DNA of 64,000 nt from an uncultured Acidobacteriota bacterium. GTDB lineage: Bacteria; Acidobacteriota; Thermoanaerobaculia; UBA5066; Gp7-AA6. The stretch's first letter is position 1. Every line of letters begins with the position of its first letter. Location: positions 20,668 to 84,667 of the forward strand of contig CAWJYL010000002.1 in the NCBI GenBank assembly GCA_963847075.1, read 5' to 3'. A program made the translations under genes and the position numbers. The notes under the pieces are model-generated. The model made no database searches, had not been told where the DNA came from, and worked only from the letters and a program-made list of their open reading frames with translations. Of the stretch, positions 12,971 to 25,323 are shown in pieces.

Positions 12971-14049
12971 ATGAAACGGCCGATTATATTATTAACGGGC
13001 GGCGGAACTGCCGGGCATGTTTCTGTAAATGAAGCGCTCATTCCTGTATTTCATGAACGTGGTTATGATGTTCATTATATAGGATCACATGATGGAATTG
13101 AAAAAGAACTGATTGGAGATGGTCAGCCAGATGTCACGTATCATGCAATTCAAAGTGGTAAATTAAGACGATATTTTTCAATGAAAAATTTTACAGATCC
13201 ATTTCGAGTCGGAGCAGGATTCTTCAAGCATTATCAATAATTCGAAAGTTAAACCTGAAATTATTTTTTCGAAAGGTGGATTCGTTTCCGTACCAGTTGT
13301 ATTTGCAGGCGAAAATGGCGAAAATTCCTATCGTTATCCATGAATCCGACGTAACTCCAGGACTTGCAAATAAACTAGCACTGCCTTTTTCAAATCATAT
13401 TTTTACAGTATTTGAGCAAACATTGAATTATGTTCCAAGTGGAAAAGCAACATGTTCTGGTGCAATTATTCGACCTGAATTGTTTGAAGGGATAAAAGAA
13501 GATGGGTTACGAATTGCCGGATTTAACGGGAGAAAAACCAGTAATCATTGTGATGGGGGGAGTCAAGGTTCAGCTGTGCTAAATGAAGCATTAAGAGAAG
13601 ACTTGAACTGATTTACAAAATTTAATGTGATTCATCTTTGTGGAAAAGGAAATATAGATGAATCACTTGAAAATATCAAGGGTATACACAATTTGAATAT
13701 GTAACAGATGAATTGCCGCATTTATTAGCAGCTTCTGATTTTGCGGTATCGCGTGCAGGTTCAAATGCTATATTTGAATTGCTTGCACTTAGAATCCCAA
13801 TGCTCTTATTCCGCTTTCTGCTGCGAAAAGCAGGGGAGATCAAATATTGAACGCAACATCATTTTAAATCACTTGGACTTGCGCAGTGTATTGAAGGAAG
13901 AAGAAATTCCACTTCGACCATTATCAGAAGAACTTAGCTTACTTTAAGGCAGAGAAAAAGAATTATTAATAGCAAAAATGCTGGAAATTGAAACTGCCAA
14001 AAACCCCTGAAGAAATGGTTGAATTAATTATGGAGCATTCAGAAAATAA
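12971..14049 (+). CDS. murG: undecaprenyl-PP-MurNAc-pentapeptide GlcNAc transferase, frameshifted
   Basis: [38 protein letters not shown]. Confidence 0.92.
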
Positions 14050-14248
14050 TATTGAAAGTAACAAATTCATATAATTACACAAAACTACTTAATATTCAAT
14101 AAAAACTGGTAAAAATCTAGTTAATAGCATAAAAGTTTAATAGTTCGTGCGAAACCCTTTAAGTTCTAGTCTTTGCATGGTAAAATTAACAAGGATTAAA
14201 AAATAAAAAACACAATATGCCAATAGGCAAATGTGGAGGTCATTGTAC

Positions 14249-17089
14249 ATGTCGAAAAATTCAGATACCCATCGTTCCCCTATGATGCTTTTACGGGGCC
14301 TAACCTTGGGTATGTAATGGAAATGTATGAATTGTTCAAGTCGTCCCCAGAATTAGTCGATGCTGAACTTGCAGAAATGTTCAGTCGTTTCGGTGCACCA
14401 GAAGAAGATAATGGAGAACAGCAACAGCAGTTAATGCTGTTCCAACCGAGTAATATTGGTAAAGTGATAGCAGCTTTTAAATTGCAGGAAGCAATCCGTA
14501 CATACGGACATCTTGCAGCTGATATTTATCCGCTAAAGGATCGTCCAAAAGATTCATCACGTATAGAACTTTCATATTATGATTTATCTGAAAGAGATTT
14601 AGAAGAAATGCCTGCATCACTTATTTTTAAAGAATGTACCGACCAATGTAGAAAATGGTCTAGATGCAATTAACTACTTAAAATCATTCTACACAGGAAA
14701 AATTGCCTATGAATTTGATCATGTAATAGATGAGGAAGAACGGAATGGATTCAATCGAAAATTGAAAGCGGTAACGTATCTGCGAATCTATCCAAAGATG
14801 AGAAAAAAGCACTTCTTGAAAGACTTAACAAAAATCGAAGGATTTGAAAAATATATTCACCGAACATTTGTCGGAGCAAAGCGATTTTCAATAGAAGGAC
14901 TGGATACACTTGTTATTCTTTTTGATGAACTTGTTCGCCGATCTGAAGAAAATAAAATTGAAAAAATGCTTATTGGTATGGCTCACCGTGGTCGTTTAAA
15001 TGTTCTTACACATGTGTTAAATAATCCATATGAAATGTTTTTTGCACATATTTGCAGGCGTTTCAGATGAACCATTTATTACCAAAAGATGGGTCGTTGG
15101 AAACTACCCGTGGTTGGTATGGAGATGTCGTGTACCATATAGGTGCAACATATACCGGAAAATCTGGAATGAAGCGCTTTCTTGCATATAACCCATCTCA
15201 TTTAGAAGTTGTAAATTCAGTTGTCACTGGGCAAACAAGAGCTGCTCAAGAACAGAAAAATAATACTGGTATTACCAGAACAAGACACGAATGCTGCCTA
15301 TGCGGTACTTGTACACGGAGATGCAGCATTCCCGGGTCAAGGGATTGTTCCTGAGACTTTTAACTACAGCCGAGTACGTGGATTTCAAACAGGTGGTTCC
15401 ATCCATGTCATTGCAAATAATATGATTGGATTTACAACTGAACATTATGATTCAAGATCAACACATTATTCATCTGATCCAGCAAAAGGATATGAAGTTC
15501 CAGTTATCCATGTAAATGCTGATTGCCCTGAATCAGTTATTGCAGTTGCAGCATTTGCATTTGAATACCGTCAAAAATTTGGAAAAGATATTGTGATTGA
15601 CTTACTTGGATATCGCCGATATGGTCATAACGAAATGGATGAACCACTTGTAACAAATCCAGTAATGTATCATGTCGTTCATAAACATCCGACAGTTCGT
15701 GAACTTTATGGTTCTACACTTGTTTCAGAAAACATTGTTAGTGAAGAAGAAGTTGACAAATTAGATGATGATATTTTCAAAGTTATGCAAGCAAGCACAC
15801 GATGTTGTCAGGGATCATCCGCGAATCTAAAAGATAAGAAACAAGGTCCGCTTGAAATTCCGGAAGAAGTACTTGCTGGTTATCCTAGAGATTTAGAAAC
15901 AGGTGTTGAAGAAGGAACACTACGCAAAATAAATGAAGAACTTACTCACTTACCCAGAGAATTTCAATGTCTTTGGACGACTCGTCCGAATTTTGAAAAG
16001 ACGTGAAGAACCATTCAAAGGAAAAGGGAAAATTGATTGGGCACATGCCGAAACATTAGCATTTGGTTCAATTTTACAAGATGGCAATCCAATTCGATTA
16101 CTGGTCAAGACGTGCAGCGTGGTACATTTGCACACCGTCACTTAGTGTTGCATGATGAAAAAACGGGTGAAGAATTAGTTCCATTACATCATATTAGCGG
16201 TTCAAAAGCATCATTCGCTGTACATAACAGTCCATTAACTGAAGCGGCAATTGTTGGCTATGAATATGGTTATAATCTAGAAAATCAAAAAGCACTTGCG
16301 ATTTGGGAAGCACAATATGGTGACTTTGCAAATATGGCACAAGTTATGTTTGACCAATTTGTTTCATGCTAGCAGATCGAAATGGGGACAAAAATCTGGT
16401 CTTGTAATGTTATTACCACATGCTCATGAAGGTCAAGGTCCAGAGCATTCGAGTGCAAGACTTGAACGATTTCTTACAATTATCTGCTGAAAATAACTGG
16501 ACAGTTGCGAATCTTTCAAGCTGCTGCAAACTATTTCCATATTTTACGTAGACAAGCGAAAATGCTTGGTGAACGATGCAATGCGTCCACTAGTTATTGT
16601 TTCTCCAAAATCATTACTTCGTCATCCATTAGTTGGAGCAGATGTTAGCTGATTTAACGGAAGGTAGTTTCCAAACAGTTCTTGAACAACCTGGAACAGG
16701 GACAAAGAAAACAAAAGTTGAGCGAATTTTGTTTGCAAGTGGTAAAATGGCAATTGATTTAGCTGAACAAGTAAAAGATGGGGAAGGATTCGATCACTTA
16801 CACATTATTCGTGTAGAACAACTATATCCATTCCCATCTGAAAAAATTAGTGAAATCGTTGCACGTTATCCAAATGTGAAAGAACTTGTTTGGGTTCAAG
16901 AAGAGCCAAAAAACATGGGTTCATGGTCATTTGCAGCTCCGTATATTCAAGAAATTGCAGGCGATAAAGAAAGTATCATATGTTGGTCGAATTCACCGTT
17001 CAAGTCCTTCTGAAGGTGATGGAGCATCCCATGCAACTGAACAAAAACGTATTATTGATGAAGCTTTAAACGCGTTAAAGCGGATATGA
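14249..17089 (+). CDS. odhA: 2-oxoglutarate dehydrogenase E1, frameshifted
   Basis: [50 protein letters not shown]. Confidence 0.97.
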
Positions 17090-17107
17090 CTAAAGGAGGA
17101 AATTATA

Positions 17108-18327
17108 GTGGCAGAAATTATTGTACCAGAATTAGCAGAATCGATTACAGAAGGAACGATTGCACAGTGGTTAAAACAACCAGGTGAAAATGTTGAAAAA
17201 GGTGAATTTATCGTTGAACTAGAAACAGATAAAGTAAACGTTGAAATAATTTCAGAAGAAGCTGGTGTTGTTCAAGAACATCTTGCAGCTGAAGGCGATA
17301 CAGTTCAAGTAGGTCAAGTAATTGCAATTGTTGGAGAAGGTTCAGGAGCAGCTGCAGCAGCCTAGCTCCAAAAGCAGAAGCAGCTGCAACTGCAGCAAAA
17401 GCTCAGGAAGCAGCACCAGTAGCAGTAGAAACTTCTGGAGCTGAATGATCGTACACTTGCTAGTCCAGCAGCTCGTAAATTAGCACGTGAAAAAGGAATT
17501 GACTTGCAGCAATTTCTCCAGTAGATCCAATGGGTCGTGTACGTGTACAAGATGTTGAAGCACATGGCAACAGCACCAAAAGCACACCTGCTGCAACAAC
17601 TGCTCCAAAAGTAGCAGCAGCAGATGATGGTCGTATAACACGTGAAAAAATGACTCGTCGTCGTCAAACAATTGCAAAACGTTTACTTGAAGTAAGACAA
17701 TCGACAGCAATGCTAACAACATTTAACGAAATTGATATGACAAATGTGATGGCACTTCGTTCACGTAAAAAAGATCAGTTTTTCGAGCAAAATGATGTAC
17801 GTCTTGGTTTCATGTCATTCTTCACAAAAGCAGTTGTAGCAGCACTTAAAAAATATCCATACGTAAACTCAGAAATCGATGGCGATGAAATTCTTCTGAA
17901 AAACTTCTATGATATCGGTATTGCTGTATCAACAGAAGGTGGTCTTGTAGTACCAAACGTTGTTGATGCAGACCGTAAAAACTTTGCTGAAATCGAAGGA
18001 CAATTCGTGAACTTGCAAAAAAAGCACGTGATAACAAACTTACAATTGCTGATATGACTGGCGGTTCATTCACAATTACAAACGGTGGCGTATTTGGTTC
18101 ATTAATGTCAACACCAATTATTGAATGGTACACAAGTTGGTATTCTTGGAATGCACACAATTCAAAGACGTCCAGTAGCTATTGGCGATAATATTGAAAT
18201 TCGTCCAATGATGTACGTGGCACTTTCTTATGACCACCGTGTAATCGATGGAAAAGATTCAGTTGGATTCTTGAAAATGGTTAAAGAATTACTTGAAAAT
18301 CCAGAAGATCTACTTCTAGGTTCTTAA
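17108..18327 (+). CDS. odhB: dihydrolipoamide succinyltransferase E2, frameshifted
   Basis: Lipoyl motif [22 protein letters not shown]. Confidence 0.97.
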
Positions 18328-18416
18328 TAAATAGAATCGGCCTGCCTAACTACGGCGGGTCGATTTTGTCACTTGAAAGGTACCGATTTATCTACTTGAA
18401 AGGCGAGATGCTTACT

Positions 18417-18615
18417 ATGAATTTTAAGGATTGGACAGACATCACCGACGACTCGTACTGTCGTTTGTAAACATGCAGATGCTGAAAAATATGTAGTGAA
18501 TAATGTCCTAACACCAGGTAAAGAGTATGAAGTGAAAAATGAAACAGAAGAATTCATTTTCATCCTCGATAATACAGGAAAAGTTGGCGGCTATTACAAA
18601 ACATATTTTGAATGA
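18417..18615 (+). CDS. DUF6501-like small protein (absent from ORF track; one indel)
   Basis: Hand translation TVVCKHADAEKYVVNNVLTPGKEYEVKNETEEFIFILDNTGKVGGYYKTYFE*; usual position between odhB and AAA gene. Confidence 0.7.
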
Positions 18616-18617
18616 AC

Positions 18618-18660
18618 AAAAGCCCGATACCCGCTATATTGCGGTGCATCGGGCTTTTTT
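18618..18660 (+). terminator. intrinsic terminator
   Basis: aaagcccgat...atcgggcttttt. Confidence 0.75.
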
Positions 18661-18686
18661 AATTAATTGGAGGCTAAAGAATCGAT

Positions 18687-19579
18687 ATGAATGCAACGTT
18701 AGTATGAAAACGAATTAACTGATAAACGATGTCATATAAATGAACGATTCATGACATCGAACAGAATACTGAAGCGTTGCTGAATTACAAGAAGGTGGTT
18801 ATATTTCACCAGATGAATCATTTATGGGAAGACATACTGATTAGTGTAGTATTGAAAAAACCAGTATTACTTAAAGGGTCCACAGGTTCGGGAAAACAAA
18901 ACTTGCTCAATCTGTTTCAAAGTTATTTTAACCAACCGATGCAAAGTATAAATTGTTCGGTAGACCTAGATGCGGAATCACTGCTTGGTTTTAAAACAAT
19001 TATTCAAAAAGATGGACAAACCGTTATTGATTTTGTTGAAGGCCCAGTCGTTCAAGCAATGAAAAAAGGGCATATTTTGTATATTGATGAAATTAATATG
19101 GCAAGACCCGAAACGTTGCCTATTTTCATAGTGTTCTTGATCATCGCCGCATGTTAACAAATCCTTTTACAGGGGAAGTTATCTATGCACATGAGGATTT
19201 TACGGTAATCTCTGCAATAAACGAAGGATATGTTGGAACATCTCCGATGAACGAAGCATTAAAAAATCGATTTGTTTCTTTCACTGTTCCATATCTATCT
19301 GGTGAAGAATTAAAGAAAGTTAGTCGAAGAATGAATTTCCAAATGCATCCGCACAAATTAATTGAAACGATCTTAAAATTGGAAAGGATTTAAAGAAACA
19401 AGTGATGAATGGATTACTATCAGATGAAGCTGCATCGATACGAAGTTTACTTGACGCGATTAGGTCTTGCGGAACATATCCCAATGAAACGTGCGATTCA
19501 ATATGCAATCGCAGAAAAACTGGATGATCAAATTGAACGAAGACTTGTCATGGAACTAGTAGATACTTGGGTGAAATGA
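18687..19579 (+). CDS. MoxR/NorQ-like AAA+ ATPase (YojN-like), frameshifted
   Basis: Walker A KGSTGSGK, Walker B LYIDEINM, NEALKNRF. Confidence 0.88.
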
Positions 19580-19589
19580 GGCGATCGCA

Positions 19590-21533
19590 ATGGTGAAGAT
19601 GAATCGATTCATTCAGTTTAATGACGAAACTGTCGATACGAAAACACTGTTATTGTATGAACGACTGGGCCGAGCACTCGCAGATGCACAATTATCTTGA
19701 ATTGACGGAACGAAAACTTCTTGAATTTCGTCCAAAAGAAGGAATAATCTCAATGAGTGTTTTCTGGCGTCATCGAACGGAAGAAGTCATGCATAAAGGC
19801 AGACTTTCAGATATTTACTTTTAACAGTCGGCTATTGGAAACATTTTGATGTACAAACTTGGATTCAATTCAAGCGGAAATATCAAGCTACATCCCCTAC
19901 GAAAATTTGCTAAAGAACTACTTCTACTTACTCGAAGAGTTTCGTCTAATGGATAAGATTTAAAGAACGGCCAGGAACTGTGACGGCTTTTGAAACTAGA
20001 AAAGAAGCTTATGTTTCGTTTCATCAAAATGAGTGTACATGCAAATATGCAGAAAAACTTTCTAGCGGATGCATTACATGCAATGAGATTATTCATAGTA
20101 CTTCATGAAGGGATGTTTCAGGAATCGGAATTGACTGGGGTCCAATTGATTTTGGACTTCATAAAATCGATACTTGAAAACGCATATGATGCAAAAAGTA
20201 CGGAAGACAATACGTATATTGTAGAACGAATCACGGGGATCGTTGAGAGTCAATTGCATCAAGATCTTAATTCATCAATATTATTCAGTCGGCAGATTCA
20301 ATCACTGAAGAAAATACTGTCATTTCATTACCATAAAGGAATAAGAGATGCAGAAAAAGGTGAAGAAGACACAAAAGAGACAATTGAAGAGGTCTTTAGG
20401 TCCTGGCATGAAGAGAATGAGCGTGAGGCAGGCGTTCATCTTGAATATGAACTTGAACACGGCCGTTCTGGTAAAATCGGACGGGAGTGATGCAACACCG
20501 GGCAATGAGGATGCCGAAATTGAAGAAATTGGCTATGGACAATCCGAAGGCGATGATAGCGAACACTCGTCCGATGAGGAAGAAAGTGACAAGATTGAAA
20601 TAATGATGACAAAAAAAAAAGCAGGGAAGACGTTTGGAAAAGAACATTTAAATGTTGTTTATGAAGAACAGCGAATTGAAGTAATTAAGATGAAGTGAGA
20701 ATCGCAGAAAGCTTAGTTGACTGGCGTGAGCTGCAAAAACCATTTGTTCGTTCATTTGTCGAAGAAATGAAAAAGAGAATTGATTTAAAAGAGGATTCGA
20801 AACGAGAACGACTAATGAAGGGGAGACTATCAAAAAATTGACAACGCTTGTACTCAGATGAACGACCAAAGCCATTTTATCGAAAAAATGCGCCATCTGT
20901 TAATTTAGATGCTGTATTCGGTTTACTTGTTGATGGTTCTGCTTCCATGATTGATAAACTAGATGAGACAAAACAGGCGGTATTATTATTTCATGATGTG
21001 TTAAGTGAACTTCGCGTGAGTCATGAAATTTCATCGTATTATGAGGAGGCGTACAAAGCTTCGGCGGAAATTCAACCGAATGTTTTTGGTCTGATGCACA
21101 CATTTACGGATCAGAATCATGATAATGGCATGTCAATTCTATCTTTTGATGCAAATGAAGATAATCGTGATGGTTTTGCAATAAGATGGATGGCGGAACG
21201 ACTTGCGACGAGACAAGAAAAACATAAATTTTTACTTAGTTTTTTCTGACGGGGAACCATCTGCCTTCGGTTATGATCGAAATGGTATTCTTGACACAGC
21301 AGAAGCTGTAATGGAAACAGAAAAAAAAGGGATATCTGTTATTCATTTGTTTCTTATCCATCTGAAGAACCTGTCACGAAGATCCAAAAAGAGTTATTCT
21401 TAGGATGATGTTTGGAAATAAAACTGCATCATCGAACATACTGTTGAAGGATTTTACGATCAAACACTGCGCATATTTTAAGAAAACCTTACTTTGCTTA
21501 CAATTGTACATTCGGTCAATTTGAAACATATAA
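19590..21533 (+). CDS. NorD/CobT-like VWA-domain protein (YojO-like), frameshifted
   Basis: [31 protein letters not shown]. Confidence 0.85.
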
Positions 21534-21552
21534 AAAACACGAAAACCACTCA

Positions 21553-22755
21553 TTAATGAGCGGTTTTCTGTTTTTTCATGGACAGCAAGAAGTCGTTGTT
21601 TCAATTCTTCTTCCATACGGCCAATTTCAATTTCTGCTGCTTTTCGTTTTTCGCGGCCATCTGCTTGAATGAGTAGTGTTTCTTCAATTGTTTGAATTAA
21701 GTTTTCTTGTGTTTTTTTTAATGTATCAATTTCAATAATGCCACGTTCATTTTCTTTTGCAGTTTCAATAGAATTCATTTTTAACATTTCTGAGTTTTTA
21801 AGTAGTAAATCATTTGTCGTTTTCGTTACGAGCTTTTGAGATTCAACAGCTTTCTTTTGACGATTTAACGTTAGTGCAATCGCAATTTGATTTTTCCAAA
21901 GTGGAATGGATGTCATAATTGACGATTGAATTTTTTCTGCTAATGTTTGATTCGTTTGTTGAATCATCCGAATTTGTGGGGCACTTTGAATTGTAATTTG
22001 ACGGGATAATTGTAAGTCATATAAGCGTTTTTCAAGTCTATCCAGAAATTGGGCCATATCATTTACTTCTTGAAAGGCCATTTGATCATTTGATAATTCA
22101 GCTTCACGTCGCATTTGCGGAATGATTTCATACGTTAATTTCATCACGTTTAATTTCTGCGGCAGCGATATATACATTTAATGCTTGGAAGTACGTTTTA
22201 TTTTGTTCATATAAATTATCAAGCATTTTCACATCTTCGATTAAACCACGTTTAGAATGTTCAAGTTGAACACCAATACGGTCAATTTGGGTACTCAATT
22301 TTTGATATTTTGTCATCATTTCTTGAATAGACTTAGAAACCCTTCCAAATAATTTACCTAATACAGATTGCTTCTTTTCACCTAAATCATCAGGGTCTAT
22401 TTCTCCAAGCCTATCCATCAACTCTTTTAACACATCACCAACAGGTCCAATATCCTGGCTCTGAACATGATCTAGCATCTTGATGGGAGAAGCGGGAAAG
22501 TTCACCTTGTGCATTTGCACCGTAAGTAATGATTGCTTCATAATTTCCAACAGGGATCTGGCTAGCGAGTTGAACTGCTTTTTCACGTTCTTCCGGTGTT
22601 AAACGATCTAATAATTTTACTGCGGTTCCTGTTGTTGTTGATTATCCGTTTGCATTTCTTTCGGTAGTAGTGGTTCATTCATATCAAATGGATTATCAAG
22701 TAAGATCATCCATGGATGTAACATTATTCGTCGTCATGCTATTATTTTCTGTCAT
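21553..22755 (-). CDS. toxic anion resistance protein (TelA/YaaN), frameshifted
   Basis: [25 protein letters not shown] motifs. Confidence 0.9.
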
Positions 22756-23428
22756 TTTTTGTTTCGTCTCCCTTCATTTCTAAAAGCGGTTTTTTCTTAT
22801 TCATTGTCACATCGACAAAGTCGAGTTCCATTTGAAGTTTTTCCATATCTGAAGCGAGCAAATTACGCAAGTCTTGCTCAAGTTGTTGATTCACATCAGA
22901 CAATGTAGATCTCGTGTTCTGAAGTGCTATTTGGAGTTCCTTATCTTTTAAAGGTTGGTTAACAAGAATTGCGTATTTAGATGTTAATTCAACCGCTGAA
23001 TCAAGATGCGCATAAAAAAAGTTTTCGGCATGATAAAATTTTTCAGGATTTGTTCGAACAATACTTAATATCCTTCTGGATAGCGTATTCATTTCATGAA
23101 GTTGTTTGAATGCTTGTACGGATCTAACTTTTCCGTAATAGCCATTTAACCGTTTTAGTTTTAGTTTTGCATCAGTCATCTGGCCATTAATATAATTGAA
23201 CTCAGATCGACTTAATCCAGCTCTTTTAATTGTAGATGAAGTTTGTATTTGTTTAATTGTAAATGAACTACCAAGATAAATCGCAATGACCAGGCCTGTA
23301 GCTGCAAAGAAATTCAAACTGGTACCGAGTATTAAATATAACCACGAACCAAAGCTTATTGGTGCTGAAATAGTGTGTCGTATGAAAAAATTCTTTATTT
23401 CTCTCACATTCAGGCCCCCTTTACTCAT
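22742..23428 (-). CDS. xpaC: XpaC family (5-bromo-4-chloroindolyl phosphate hydrolysis) protein
   Basis: FFYAHLDSAVELTSKY motif; precedes telA. Confidence 0.85.
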   Translation of the reverse strand: MSKGGLNVREIKNFFIRHTISAPISFGSWLYLILGTSLNFFAATGLVIAIYLGSSFTIKQIQTSSTIKRAGLSRSEFNYINGQMTDAKLKLKRLNGYYGKVRSVQAFKQLHEMNTLSRRILSIVRTNPEKFYHAENFFYAHLDSAVELTSKYAILVNQPLKDKELQIALQNTRSTLSDVNQQLEQDLRNLLASDMEKLQMELDFVDVTMNKKKPLLEMKGDETKNDRK

Positions 23429-23616
23429 ATGCTTTTAATACGAATTAAAACCGATAAAGTTTCATTATCATTGTTAATTATACCTTATATTTGTCTTGGT
23501 CACATGCCTTTTGATTTTTCTATAGGCATTTAAATGGACTTACTATTCTATTTGCTAAAATTGAAAGTCATTCTTAAATGAGATTATTATCTCCCGGAAA
23601 TTGGAGGGAACTGCAA

Positions 23617-23910
23617 ATGTATGAAGTAGTTTATATGAAAGCTGATTTTGAACCATGGTGGATGTTCGAAGGTTGGGAACAAGAAGTTCTTACACGGCAT
23701 TCATTTGTTGAGGAAAGTAATGCGATTCATTTCTTAGAAAATACTTTGTCTAACCTTCGTATGAAGTATAAAAATGAATCAGTGAAAAAAAATTGTTTTT
23801 TTGCATTTTGGTCTGAGAACGAAAAAATTAGTTGTGAAGCATGTGGTGATGATTTACAAATTTATCATGGAATTATTTTATTATTTGAGGGAAAACCATA
23901 TAATAGATAA
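23617..23910 (+). CDS. DUF1033 family protein
   Basis: EPWWMFEGW, AFW, CEAC-DDLQIYH. Confidence 0.85.
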   Translation: MYEVVYMKADFEPWWMFEGWEQEVLTRHSFVEESNAIHFLENTLSNLRMKYKNESVKKNCFFAFWSENEKISCEACGDDLQIYHGIILLFEGKPYNR

Positions 23911-23946
23911 ATAAAAGTAGTAAATTAGAATAATTTGTTTTTTCAA

Positions 23947-23974
23947 TTGACATATTTGTTTACAATGTTATAAT
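23947..23974 (+). promoter_or_regulatory. consensus sigma-A promoter of the csp gene
   Basis: TTGACA-16 nt-TATAAT with TG extended -10. Confidence 0.8.
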
Positions 23975-24125
23975 TGATACAACAATTAAAGTAAATGAAC
24001 TTCCGATTAACGTATTCACATATTACAAAAAGTGATCGGTGTTTACGGTACTTTTTGTAATATGTGAATTTTTCTTTTTCAAGAAACATTCCATATTATA
24101 GTATTTATTATTTGGAGGTATTAAC

Positions 24126-24329
24126 ATGAAACAAGGTACAGTAAAATGGTTTAACGCAGAGAAAGGTTTCGGCTTCATCGAAGTTGAAAACGAAGACGAC
24201 GTATTTGTACACTTCTCAGCAATTGAGGGAGAAGGGTTCAAATCACTTGACGAAGGTCAACAAGTTGAATTTGAAGTTGTTGAAGGTGATCGCGGCCCAC
24301 AAGCAGCGAACGTTGTTAAATTAGTTTAA
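24126..24329 (+). CDS. cspD: cold-shock protein
   Basis: [24 protein letters not shown]; paralog name uncertain. Confidence 0.9.
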   Translation: MKQGTVKWFNAEKGFGFIEVENEDDVFVHFSAIEGEGFKSLDEGQQVEFEVVEGDRGPQAANVVKLV

Positions 24330-24339
24330 TCTGAGTAAT

Positions 24340-24374
24340 AGAAGAGGCATCCTCCAATGAGGATGCCTCTTTTT
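24340..24374 (+). terminator. intrinsic terminator
   Basis: agaggcatcctc/gaggatgcctct plus T-run. Confidence 0.85.
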
Positions 24375-24383
24375 CATTAGTAC

Positions 24384-24495
24384 ATTTTCTAGGTTTTTAT
24401 CGAAAATGTTCTGCGCGTATTTTCGAGGCTTTAATCGAAAATGATCTGGCGCGTTTTCGAGGATTTTATCGAAAATATTCTGGCGCGTATTTTAG
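24384..24495. repeat. three ~35-36 bp tandem palindromic repeats
   Basis: Unit approx. attttcgaggntttwatcgaaaatrwtctggcgcgt. Confidence 0.85.
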
Positions 24496-24531
24496 AATCT
24501 TAAATATAAAAATACTTCCGTAGAATCGCTG

Positions 24532-25231
24532 TTACTTACTAACCGATTCGAGTGTCGAAGTTACAACAAAGTCCTCTTCACCTTCAGTTATCATAACCGA
24601 CTCTCTTTTAATTTCGCCATAGTTTTCTGCGAAGTATTTTCGATTCGTAAAATCTTTTTCTTGTCATTTCAATCACGATTACATTCTCAAATTTTTTATA
24701 AGGAGTATCAATTGTTCCGTCGGTTTCAACAATTGTCCAGTCATTAAATTTCGTTCCCACTTCGAAAGGTTGTTGCAAATAGATTTCTTTTACAGTTAAG
24801 TTACTGATTGTTTCTTTTGTTGGTAACGGATCATCATTATCAATGGCATCTTCGAAGAGTGTTTCAATTTTCTTATTTTCGACTTTATATATTTTCCGGA
24901 TTAAAGCACCACCGTTATTTTCATCTATTACCACAAATTTATCACCAATATGGGTAACTTCAATTCTTAGTTCTGCGAATTCATTTCCATCGCCTTCAAA
25001 ATGTGCATTTGAACCATTTGGTAGAAAGAAATTCATCATTGAGACTTCTTTTTCATTATCTGCATCATTTTTAACATCATCTTCTGTAGCTTTGTCATCT
25101 GATTTAATTTCTTCATTTGAATTTGGATTGGTGTTATTGGCAGCAGGAGGATTATTGTTATTTTTTTGAGCACAACCAATCAGTATTAAAAATGCACTAA
25201 AGAGCAACAACAATAGCTTGATTTTCTGCAT
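24532..25231 (-). CDS. hypothetical lipoprotein (one frameshift near 3' end)
   Basis: [20 protein letters not shown] lipobox; [14 protein letters not shown] tail in another frame. Confidence 0.75.
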
Positions 25232-25323
25232 GTAGAGATCACTCCTTTTTTTAGGTAGTATACCACTTATGATGCACTTTAAATCATAAAAAAACGTCCT
25301 TCTAAAGTAGAAGGACGTTAATA

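Noticed and set aside
18687-21533. Denitrification norQ/norD genes
   Set aside because: No norB/norC nearby; the context matches the generic Bacillales yojN/yojO pair.
24229-24236. GAGAAGGG as an SpoIIIE/FtsK orienting sequence
   Set aside because: Only one copy noticed, inside a coding region; skew cannot be assessed without a genome-wide count.
24384-24495. Mini-CRISPR array
   Set aside because: Units are directly tandem with no unique spacers, and no cas genes are in the window.
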